64,000 nucleotides of DNA from Pelagomonas calceolata (taxonomy: Eukaryota), in the NCBI GenBank assembly GCA_918797485.1, contig CAKKNE010000002.1:4650001-4714000 (forward strand), written 5' to 3'. Of the stretch, positions 10,567 to 21,399 are shown piece after piece. The notes under the pieces were generated by a model, which worked only from the letters and a program-made list of their open reading frames with translations, had not been told where the DNA came from and did no database searches. The position numbers and the translations under genes were made by a program. Each line of letters opens with the position of its first letter. Within the stretch, counting starts at the first letter, position 1.

Positions 10567-12432
10567 CTACCAGTTGCCCATGCCGGGGTACTTCACGGGC
10601 GCCCGCGGCGCCGCCTTGTCGCCGCGCGCCCACTCCAAGCTGGGCGCCACGTAGATGTCGAGCATCTCCTTGTTCTTGCCGTCGCGGCGGCGCACCAGGC
10701 CGGCGACCATCTCGTGGACGAGCTTGATCGTGAACTCGGAGTCGTCGAGGCCGGTGTGCGTCTGGATGCAATCGTAGAAGGTGTAGATGAAGAATGCTAG
10801 GCCCTGCGAACGGAACGCCACACGTGACCGACGTTCGAAGATGGCGTTTCGCGCGGGCTCGTGCGGTGCTCATTTGGTCGCCGTAGGGGGAGTCGACGGG
10901 AAATTGGCCGTTGCCTTTGGCACCAAGGATGTAGCGGATGAACTGGAGCGCGTCGGCGAAGTGCTCAGTAGGGATGCCCAGCTCGCGCAACCACTTCTTC
11001 TCGGCACCGCCAAAGTGAAACGCGAGCACGTCGTCGCTGCTGCTTCTCTCGATTAATTTGGCCGCGTATGCCTCGAGGGCGGCGCGCTGGGTTGCGGTGA
11101 GCGGCGGCGGCTGGAAACGGAAGCGATTTTGTCTTCCAGTATCAAAGGTGTTGCCCTGGCCGCGGTTCGACAGGTTCATGATCTCCGTCATGGGGCCCTG
11201 GGCCGTTTTTTCAGCGGCACCGACCTCGTAGTACAATCCATCAGTCCCCTCGCCGTCGAGAACGAGGACGGAAGCGTCGTTCTCGATCTTCTCGATCCAA
11301 ATGAGGGTGTTTTGGGCCCAAACTTTCTCACCACTCAGTAATTTATCAACGTCGACTTTTAAGGCATGGAGCAAGTAATCAATGGCCATTGCCTGCGCGG
11401 AAAGAACCTCTCGCGGAGCGTTCATGTCGACCTCAACGCCATCGACGCGACGGCTGCTCGACGGCTCGACTCATTGGTTGATTGCTACACCGACCATGAC
11501 AATTCCACGCGTGGCGACGATTTCTCTGAGTTTGATCACCAGTGGCGCGTCCTTGATCTTGGCTAATTTGCTACCGCCCCGAGTTAAAGCATCGTTGCGA
11601 TTTTTAAATCTATCCCTGTGGAAAGAAAGGTCTCCGGCGTTACTCGTCATATAAAGCGACGTACCGATCCAATCGTTCAGGAAGCATGTCCTTCCTCAAT
11701 GGTTTCTGCTCTCGGTACCTGCGGGCGGCGGGAGTGGACGCGAGCGTTGTGTGTGCGCGATCGGAAGGCTTCTGGACGACGCCGCGACGTGCTTTGCTAA
11801 TTGGGCCTCATCCATGTCCGCTACTCGTGGCTTCTTGTCCTTGTACTTCCGGTCGCTCTCCCTAATCCGCATGTACCTGCGACCGCGCCGGCGTCGCGCG
11901 CGCTCCCCCTCTAGAGTGTAAGTTGATTTTGTGGTTTCGAACGGAGTATTAATTCCGCGCGCCGCGGGGCGTCTCGCTCTCGCGGCGTGCCGTCTCTCGG
12001 CCGTTGCCGCGGCCGCATCGTAGACCGCCGTGCCGGCGGGCGTCAGAAGGAGCGTCGGTCGATAGATTCGAAGGACGTGGACGCCGGGTCGCGCTTCTGG
12101 AACTCCTCGGGCGATTCGGCGGCTTTCTTGCCGGCGTCCGACGTGGGGTTGCTAAGTTTGTGCCTGCGGTCGTGGTGTGTCAAAGGGCGAGAAGGCAGCG
12201 CGACGCGGGCGCCGCACGCCTTCCACCGCTCTATCGTCGCGGCATCCGGTGGAGGGAGTCTACTTGCGGGCCTTGCGCAACTCTCTATCTGCTTTGCCTT
12301 CATAAACGGAGTATCATCGCTAAGCCCGAGCGATTCGAGAGGTACCCAGCCGTCGACGGGTTCGCAGATTTTGCACTCGCCCTCGCGAAGCTTCGCTTTT
12401 GGCACGAAGCACTCCGTGACCTTCGTTCCCAC
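10567..12432 (-). CDS. Multi-exon DEDDh-like 3'-5' exonuclease-domain protein (5' exons uncertain)
   Basis: ExoI-like VLVLDGEGT..YEVGA, ExoII-like LAFHFGGAEKKWL, ExoIII-like HTGLDDSEFT. Predicted introns 10804-10864 (GC-AG), 11393-11500, 11616-11664, 11719-11792 (GC-AG), plus an acceptor at 11877. Confidence 0.55.
11385..11500 (-). mobile_element. Aged introner-derived intron (11393-11500)
   Basis: Minus strand: GTCATGGT, then TIR-like CGGTGTAGCAATCAA ... TTCCGCGCAG|GCAATGGC (TSD 5/8 identical). Core 15-mer at 11436-11450. Confidence 0.65.
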
Positions 12433-12847
12433 TTCGAGGTATTTCCTAGGACCAGATGTCGTGTTAGGGCTTCTGGAGTCCCCGCGCGTCCGGTTTTTCG
12501 GCGGCGTCGAGGAACAGCGGTTCTCGTCGCACTGTCAATCGTCTGTTTCGCGCCGTTCTCGCGGTACTACCACGCTCTGTCGATAGAGCGGACCGCTCGG
12601 CTACGCCGCGCCGGGTTTACCCGCCAGTCTACGCGTAGCTACGGTCGTTTCTCTCTCCTAGCTATGAGCGTGATCGATCAGGAAACTCACATTAAGACAA
12701 GCTCAGCAGCCGCCGCATCGCCGCGACGCAGACCGGCGTCTTTCCGCGTCAGCAGGTACGTCGTCTCGAAGAAGGAGTAGTCGCAGCCACGTTCGCGCCA
12801 GGACGCCGGCCCTCGAGCTTGAGCACTGCGACGTCAAACACGACCGC

Positions 12848-13519
12848 CTACTTCCCCCGAGTCCGCGCCCAGCCCAGAAACAAACCCGCGCCGACGCCCG
12901 CCCCAAAGACCCACGCGTCGCGCGCCGGCCCCTTTACTGACCGCGCGACGGCCCGCGCGCCGCTTACAGAACCGGCGTGCTCCTCGCACCAGGCCAGCGC
13001 CGCGTCGACGTCCGGCACGCTCGCCAAGATGTCCGCCGGATTCTTGGAAAGCAGCCCCTCCTGTCTAGCTCGCTCGAGCTGTTTTAAGGTAGAATCGTAG
13101 TATCCATCAATATTCACGGCGACGACCGGTCGTGCATTTGGCATCCCGAGCTGAGATAAGGCCGCGGCATCCAACATCTCGTCCAAGGTGCCCAGGCCGC
13201 CGGGCAGCACTATGATGACGTCGCAGCGTTCGACGAGAGCCCTTTTCCGCTCGCCGAGGTCGTCGCCTTGGCAGACGATGAGGTGATCGCTGCCTTCAAA
13301 TTCTCCTTCGTCAACCACGAACATCTCGTGGATGACGCACTCGATGACGCCGCCCGCCGCCCGGCAGCCCTCGTTCAGCGCGCCCATGCCTCCAAATTTG
13401 CCGCCGCCATTTATGAGGACGTGGCCGCGCTCCGCGAGGAGCCGGCCGAGGCGCCGGCCCTGGGCCACGAAGGCGCTTGACGTCTTCGGCGAGGACGAGG
13501 CGTAGACGCAGACGCGCAT
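12848..13519 (-). CDS. LOG: LOG family nucleotide phosphoribohydrolase with C-terminal hydrophobic tail
   Basis: VCVYASSS, LINGGG..GGMG, ERKRAL, LPGGLGTLDEM, NIDGYYD. Confidence 0.9.
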   Translation of the reverse strand: MRVCVYASSSPKTSSAFVAQGRRLGRLLAERGHVLINGGGKFGGMGALNEGCRAAGGVIECVIHEMFVVDEGEFEGSDHLIVCQGDDLGERKRALVERCDVIIVLPGGLGTLDEMLDAAALSQLGMPNARPVVAVNIDGYYDSTLKQLERARQEGLLSKNPADILASVPDVDAALAWCEEHAGSVSGARAVARSVKGPARDAWVFGAGVGAGLFLGWARTRGK

Positions 13520-13585
13520 CGTTTGCTTCGACGACGTGCTGCGCAGCTCCTACTTTTGTCTCCGGAGAGCGTTCTGCTCTGCCTG

Positions 13586-13651
13586 GCTGTGCGCGGCGAA
13601 TTATGGCAAAAGCTCTCCGCTGTGCGCGGCGAATTATGGCAAAAGCTCTCC
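13586..13651. repeat. 33-bp direct tandem duplication upstream of LOG
   Basis: GCTGTGCGCGGCGAATTATGGCAAAAGCTCTCC x2. Confidence 0.9.
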
Positions 13652-14219
13652 TCGTTTGCGAAGAGCGATAGTGGTGACGGCAGTCTCTGTTTCTGTTTGC
13701 AGTACTAACACCAATTACGGTCGTCGCGCGCGCACAGGCTGGAGGGGCTAGCGGAAAGACTCTAGAAGAAAGCGCGGGTTCGCCAGAAATCCTCCAGAAA
13801 TACCGGTGGCGAAGCGTTCGAGGTCCGTACTAGTGGGGCTAGGCAAATGGCGTCTCTGTCAACCGCGTCGGTAGAGTCGCGCGGGGCGAAGGCGCATGAG
13901 GCTTATTTTTCTCCAAAATACCCATACTCCCGTACGAGGCAGCGGCGTATATCTCCGAGCCGTACTTGCCACGGGCATGTGCCGTTCGTAAAGAGTAGGG
14001 CTGCTGCGCGTACCGTCTACGCGCGGGGTATCGCGAGCGGCATTCATTCAATCGCTCGGCACACGTCCCGGTAGCTCTAGGGCGGATGGCCCAGGGTTTC
14101 GGTGCGTCAACGCTGAAGTCAACGCTAGTAGAAGTCAACGCTGGGCACCCCAGAACTGGACAGCAGCCAAATTCGAGAGCTAGGAGCAGGGACTTACGGG
14201 GAACGAGAGCTACTTGAAA

Positions 14220-17200
14220 ATGCTACGCGGCCTTGTAAGCGCTGCCCTTGTGCTGTTCGTGACCAGCGCGCTGCCGCTACGGCCCCCCGCGCGCATGAGC
14301 AGCTGCCAAAAGCCCTGGAAGGGCTGCCCCGAGGAGGATGAGGGCGGCTCCCAGCTCGGAGAGAAATTAACTGGCTTCTCCGAGGCCATGGCCATGTACG
14401 AAGACAAAAGCGGCAGCACGTCCGCGCGGGCCGGCGAGAACGGCCTCGACCGCGCTGCCTCCAAGGGCTTGGCGACGAGCGCCGCCGCGACGATGGCGCG
14501 GCTCCAGCTCTACAAGAACCACGGGGCGGACGGCAGCAAGTCCGACGAAAGCGGCAGCACGCGTTCGCGGGCCGGCGAGAAAGGCCTCGACAGCGCTGCC
14601 TCCAAGGGCGTGGCGACGAGCGTCGCCGCGACGATGGCGCGGCTCCGGCTCTACAAGAACTACGGCGCGGACGGCAGCAAGTCCGACGAAAGCGCCAGCA
14701 CGCGTGCGCGGGCCGGCGAGAACGGCCTCGACCGCGCTGCCTCCAAGGGCTTGGCGACGAGCGCCGCCGCGACGACGGCGCGGCTCCAGCTCTACAAAAA
14801 CTACGGGGCGGACGGCAGCAAGTCCGACGAAAGCGCCAGCACGCGTGCGCGGGCCGGCGAGAACAGCCTCGACCGCGCTGCCTCCAAGGTATTCGCGACG
14901 AGCGTCGCCGCGACGATGGCGCGGCTCCAGCTCTACAAAAACTACGGGGCGGACGGCAGCAAGTCCGACGAAAGCGCCAGCACGCGTGCGCGGGCCGGCG
15001 AGAACGGCCTCGACCGCGCTGCCTCCAAGGGCTTGGCGACGAGCGCCGCCGCCGCGATGGCGCGGCTCCAGCTCTACAAAAACTACGGCGCGGACGGCCT
15101 CTACGCCGACGCGTTCGACTCCGAGACTACAAAAGGCGCGGCGAAGGCCGAGCTCGACCCGAACAAGTACCAGGCGGGCGGGGTGCACGCGCTCCACGCC
15201 ATCGAGCAGGTCAGCTACGTGCGGTACGAGAACTACCGGCTGAACGGCAGCGATGCCGGCGCAAACTCGGAGACGGTGACGGCCTCGGCTGCGGGCCGAG
15301 CCTCTGTCCTCCCTCAGGTTGACCAGCTCAGCACGTCAGCGGCGCGGCTCCGCGTGAAAGAAGCATCAGCGACCCCTGTGCGCCTACCTCGTTCCGCACA
15401 GGCGCTCGGCGCGGTCAAGACGATGCTCGAGTCCAACCTGATCAAGTGCGAGCAAGCAGCGGAGGGCTGCTCTGGCGAGACTATAGGAGGCTGCCCGCTC
15501 GCCGGCAGCGCGAACAAGCCGGCCGGCGTCGACGTCTTGGACGTCGCGTCCGCCGAGCCGCCGCTTGTGCCCGGCACCACATTGATGTTGGCGGCCTGGA
15601 ACGCGACCAAGTGGGACTTCGGCGAAGAAGAGTGGGCCCAGAGCAACCTCGTTTGGGGCCTCGTCAAGTTTCTTGCGATGTTGGTCAAAGTTGTCTTTAT
15701 GTGCGGTTGCATTTCGGTCTACGTAGTCTTTATGTTCGGTTGGGTCGTTCCGCGGCTCAGTAGCTTGGCAAAGGGCGCTGCCTGGAGCTCGTCCGTCGTC
15801 GGCTACCTGCTCTTTTGGCCAGAGATCGCCCTCGTGGCGGCGGCGACGACTTCGGTCCGCGGCAGCGACTACACCATTACAAAGAGTTCCAAGATCAAGA
15901 CCAATGAGTCTCCGAGCTCGTCAGTCCAAAGCCTTGAGCAGCGGCGCGTGCTCTCGGGCGGCCGCAGCGACTACGCCATTACGAAGAGTTCGAAGATCAA
16001 GACCAATGAGTCTCCGAGCTCGTCAGTCCAAAGCCGTGAGCAGCGGCGCGTGCTGTCGGGTTACGTGATGACCGACAGCAACATTAGAACGGCCGTCGCG
16101 GCGTGGCTCTCGGACGCGAGTGCTGCCGAGACGACGTACGGCCACATTTCGACTTGGGACACATCGGGGGTGACGGACATGTCGGAGTTGTTTAAAGATG
16201 CATCGTCCTTCAACGAGGACATTGGTGCGTGGGACACCTCGGGCGTCACGACGATGGAGTACATGTTCAGCAGCGCCTCGGCCTTCAACCAGGACATCGG
16301 CGCGTGGGACACCTCGGGCGTCACGGAGATGGGAAGGATGTTCACCGCTGCCTCGGCCTTTGACCAGGACATCGGTGGTTGGGACACCTCCGGCGTCAAG
16401 GGCATGCAATATTTGTTCAGCGGCGCCTCGGCCTTTAACCAGGACATCGGCGCGTGGGACACCTCCGGCGTCACTGACATGACCCGGATGTTCGAATACG
16501 CCTACGCCTTCAACCAGGACCTCGGCTGGTGCGTGGACGACGACGTGGACCTGGACATGGCGTTCGACTTCACGCCGTGCCAGTCGACGTCGTGCGGCGT
16601 CGAGCGGGGCCAATTTGTAACTGCGAGCGGCAGCTGCGAGTCTACTCCTGCGCCGACTGCGTACTACGACGGCGTGCATCACACAGACGTAAGCATCCGC
16701 ACGGCCGTGACGGCTTGGTTGAGCGACGCGACGGCCGCCGAGACGACGTACGGTCACATTTCGACTTGGGACACATCGCGGGTGATGGACATGTCGGAGT
16801 TGTTTAAAGATGCATCGTCCTTCAACGAGGACATCGGCGCGTGGGACACCTCCGGCGTCACAACGATGCGGTACATGTTCAACTCCGCCTATGCCTTTAA
16901 CCAGGACATCAGTGGTTGGGCAGTCGACAGTGTCAAGGACATGTACGCAATGTTCGAATACGCCTCGGCCTTCAACCAGGACCTCGGCTGGTGCGTGGAC
17001 GTCGGCGTGGACCTGACAAACGCGTTCATCACTGCTGGTATGTCGGCTGGTGGTACCCCGTGCGCGTCGACATCGTGCGGTGTCACGCATGTGGCAGGCG
17101 GCTGCGCGCCGACGCCGGCACCGACGCCGAGGCCGACATTTACGCCAGCGCCGACAGCCTCCCCCCTGGTCGCGGACGACAGCACGATTAGAACGGCAGT

Positions 17201-17977
17201 GGCCCTCTGGTTCTCGGACAACGCCGCCGCCATGAGCACGTACGGCCACATTTCGACGTGGGGCACATCGGGGGTGACGGACATGTCGTGGTTGTTTTGC
17301 GTGCGGCAGACTTCCGAGAACAGTCCCCATTTTTCGATGGACGATCCGATGGACGAGCCGGCGTCTTATTATGATTCCTGTGTGCTTCCGGCATCTGCGT
17401 CGTCCTTTAACGAGGACATCGGCGCGTGGGACACCTCTGGTGTCACGACCATGTACTGGATGTTTGGCTACGCCTCGGCCTTTAACCAAGACATCGGTTC
17501 GTGGGACACATCGCGGGTGACGGACATGTCGCATTTGTTCCGACACGCCGAGGCCTTCAACGCGGACATCGGCGCGTGGGACACCTCCAGCGCCAAGAAC
17601 ATGAACTCGATGTTCCTCTCCAGCGCCTTTAACAGATACATCGGTGGTTGGGCGGTCGAGAGCGTCACGGACATGGGCTCGATGTTCCTCAGCGCCTCGG
17701 CCTTCAACCAGGACATCGGGGATTGGGCGGTCCACAGCCTCACGGCGGGGGCTATGCAAGACATGTTCGCCGAGGCCACGTCCTTTAACCAGGACCTCAG
17801 TTGGTGCTTAGACGACAGCATGACCTTTGATGCCTGGTTCAGAACTACCCCGTGCGAGTCGACGTTATGTGGCGTCTTTTGGGGCGGCTGTGACATCCCG
17901 AGCAATGGTAATGTCATGGCCAACGGGAAGCTCAGAATTGCAGTTGCAGCGTGGCTCTCGGACGCGACGGCCGCCGA
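14220..17977 (+). CDS. Surface protein: signal peptide, 47-aa tandem repeats, TM segments, DUF285/BspA-like repeats; breaks off at about 17977
   Basis: Many WDTSGVT.M..MF..AS.FNQDIG repeats and [22 protein letters not shown] modules. The Arg-rich remainder of the ORF is off-frame. Confidence 0.8.
14407..15098 (+). repeat. 141-bp (47-aa) coding tandem repeat, about 4.9 copies
   Basis: Units start at 14407, 14548, 14689, 14830, 14971: [47 protein letters not shown]. Confidence 0.95.
15862..16060 (+). repeat. 102-bp coding tandem duplication
   Basis: SDY(T/A)[19 protein letters not shown](L/R)EQRRVLSG x2. Confidence 0.92.
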
Positions 17978-20900
17978 CCCACATCCATACCGACCACTCT
18001 GCCTACTTCGGAGCCGACGCCCACGTTCTCGCCGACGGGCACCCCGACGACCGTGCCGACGCCGGTCCCAATCTCCAAACCGACGCCGGGACCGTCAGCC
18101 GTGCCGACTCTCGTCCCGACCTCGTCGCCGTCGGCAAAGCCGACGTCCGAGCCGACGAAGTCGCCGACGAAGGTCCCGACCTCGGTGCCGACGGCGAGCC
18201 CGACGCCTTCGCCGTCGGCACCGCCGACCTCGGTGCCGACGTCGCCGACGTTTTTGCCAACTCCCCTCCCGAGCTCGGTGCCGACGTCGCGGCCGTCCGC
18301 CTTGCCGACGGCGTCCTGGTCGCCGTCGTTATTGCCGACGTCCACGCCGACTGACATGCCCCAGCGCTCGCCCGAACCTAGTGCTTTGCCGACCTCGATC
18401 CCGACGAGCGCGCCGTCGTCGGCGTCGCCGACGTCCGTGCCGACGGGCATCCCGACGCCGGGCCCGACCGTGTCGCCGACGCCCGCGCCTACCGTGCAGC
18501 CGACGAACGGCGACTGCCTCGAGAAGATCACGGACTTCTGCCAGTGCACGTACGTGCTCTTCGAGGTCTCGCACACGCTCGCGCCGACGCCGGCGCCCAC
18601 GACGGCGGTGCCCTCGCCGGGCCCGACGCCAAAGCCCACGCGGGTGCCGACGTCGGCGCCCACGAAGCGGCCCACGTACAAAGCGCCCGACGACCCCCTC
18701 CTGGCGCCGACGCCGAAGCCGACGCGCGTGCCGCGGCCCAGTCCGACCCCGGCCCCGACGAACGTGCCGACCTCGGTCCCGACAACGCCGCCGTCCCCCG
18801 AGCCGTCCGGCGTCCCGACGACGATGCCGACGCCCCAACCGTCGGGCACGCCGACGGCAGCGCCGACGCTGCTGCCGACGCTCGTCCCGTCGTCCGTGCC
18901 GACGTCCCCGCCGACGTCCCAACCGTCGCCGGCGCCGTCAAAAACCCCGACGACCGTCCCGACGTCGGTCCCGACGACCGAACCTACTGCATACCCGACC
19001 AGGACCCCGACGGCCAAGCCGACGTTTCCTCCGACGAGCGCTCCTTCGGCAAGCCCGACCTTCGACAGCCACGCCCCGACGCCCATGCCGACGACGGCAG
19101 CGCCGACGGTGAATCCGACGCTCGTCCCGACGTCCGTGCCGACGACCGAGCCGACGTCCGTGCCGACGACCGTGCCCACCGCGCAGCCGTCGCTCGAGCC
19201 CACGTGGCAATCCCAACTTCCAACCAAAACCCCGACGTCCGTGCCGACGACCGAGCCGACGTCCCAGCCGACAGTCGCGCCGTCCGGCGTGCCGACGAGC
19301 GCGCCGACGTCCCGGCCGTCGCCTTCGCCGACGCTCGTCCCGACGCCGTCGCCCACCGCCAAGTGCCCGGCCATGGCGTGGCTCGAGGGCGACATGAGCG
19401 GCACCGGCGGGAACGGCGCGCGCACCGGCGGCGCCCTCGGCGACAACCTGGGGGGCCGAACCGAGGGCGATGGGGCGCTCCTCAACGCGGAGGACATCCG
19501 CGCCCAGGGCGGGCTCCTGGTCCTCGACCACAACAGGAATTGGGGCATCAAGGCCACGTGCTCGAACAACGCGGCCAAAAGTTGCGAGAGAGATGAGGAT
19601 TGCGGTACCGGCAACACATGCGAGGCCAACGGCTACGAGGGCGGCGCGGCGGCGTCGAGCGGCATCGACGCCTGCTGCCGCTTCGTGCAGACGACGTGCC
19701 CGACGCCGCTGCCGTCGTCCGCGCCGACATCGCCGCCGTCGCCGAGCCCGACGCTGCTGCCGTCGACGACCCCGACCAGCGTGCCGTCGAGCGTGCCCAC
19801 GGTGCCGCCGTCGGAGACGCCGACGTCCGTCCCGACGGCCGAGCCCTCGGGAACCCCGACGAGGATGCCGACGCCGCGACCGACGTTATCGCGCTACCCC
19901 TCGCCCGTGCCGACGATTCCCGCGCCCTCGCCCATCCCGACGAGCGTGCCCACGCCCTGGCCGACGACGGCGAGCCCCTCCAAGATCCCGACGCCCGCGC
20001 CCACGCCGGCGCCCACGCCGGCGCCGACGAGCTGCCGCTGCGTCGCGTACTACGGCGTCAACCGCGGCGTCGGCAACTTTGCGTTCCGCGACGACGGCCT
20101 CGTCTACGGCAGCCTGCCCGCGGTCAACCCGGCGTCGGAGCACTACGACCTCGCCTGGGCCGCCGGCGCCATGTGCACCGGCACGCCGACAGCGGGCGGC
20201 ACGTGTCCGGACTTTTCTACCTATGCCGACTCGGAGAAGTCGGCCGCGAACTGCCCCGCCGGCTGCAACTACTACGCGCCGCTCACGGACGGCTTCAACT
20301 GGGACGACTACCTGGCGGCGCGGGAGCACTTCTCCACGATAGCCACGAAGCAACAGGGCGCGGCCTCCTTCGCCGCGAAGAACGACTACGCGCCGCTGGG
20401 ACCGGGCGCCGCTGGGAAGAACGGCGTGACTGCGAACACTGGGAACATCACCGCGGCAGAGAGCGCGCTGCTGGACGGGGGATCGACCCCCCCCAACAAG
20501 TACAACTACAACATCACGGACATGGACAAGCGGTGCATCTACCGCATGGAACCGGAGCCGTCGGCCGCGCCGACGCCCAAGCCGTCCATCCCGCCGGGCG
20601 CGCCGGCGCCGACGCCCGCGCCGACGGTCACGCAGGCCGTCGTCGAGGTCTCGGCCGCGGTCGTGCTCACGGGCATCGACCCCACCGACTTCAACTCCGA
20701 CCCGCAGCAGGTCGAGGCCTTCGCGCAAACGATCCTCGCGACCCTGCCCGCGGCGCTCGCGGGCGCCGAGGTCACGGACATCCGAGCCAAGTCCGCGCGT
20801 CGGCGGCGACTCCAAGCGGGCAGCGTCGAAGTCGAGTACACGATCGTCGTCCGACAGGACGCGGCTACCGTGTCAGACGGCGGCCAGAGCATCTTCAGCG

Positions 20901-21129
20901 ACATTACGACGTCGCTTTCCGCGGCCGTGTCGAGCGGCGAGTTCCTCCAGACGCTCATCGAAGAGGCGGCCGCGGCGGGCGGGTCCGCCGCGATGGCGTT
21001 CATGACGATCGACGTCGACGTGACGGCGTCGACCGCGGCGATCAGTTCGGCGACCCTGACGCTCGTCATCACGACGCCGGCCCCCGTGGTGGCGACGCCG
21101 GCCCCCGTGGTGGCCCCGGCCGCCGCCGC

Positions 21130-21169
<40 letters not shown>

Positions 21170-21304
21170 AGCGACGGCGGCCTGCTGATCATCATCATCG
21201 TGGTCGTCGTCGTCGTCGTCATCGGCGGCGGCGCGGCGGCTTTCTTGGTGATGAAGAAGGGAGGCCGAGGCGCCGCCAAGATCGAGGCGTCCCCGCACAA
21301 CTAG
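17976..21304 (+). CDS. Pro/Thr/Ser-rich mucin-like type I membrane protein (5' end missing or frameshift-fused to the upstream ORF)
   Basis: Extensive PT/PS repeats, Cys-rich inserts, ARRRRLQ motif with SEA-like segment, poly-Gly linker, [26 protein letters not shown], basic tail. No ATG start. Confidence 0.75.
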
Positions 21305-21399
21305 CCCCTGAACATATCCCCCCCCCGTCGTAAACAATCGATTCACTATCGCGTCGACGTCGACAAACAATCGAGTCCTAGCACCCGGGCCGAATAGTT

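Noticed and set aside
14106..14143. Triple GTCAACGCT upstream of 14220
   Set aside because: A single short local repeat, with insufficient evidence of function.
14407..15098. CRISPR-like array
   Set aside because: Contiguous coding repeats with no unique spacers and no cas genes; eukaryotic context.
17978..19112. Arg-rich C-terminus of ORF 14214..19112
   Set aside because: Off-frame reading of the PT-repeat gene.
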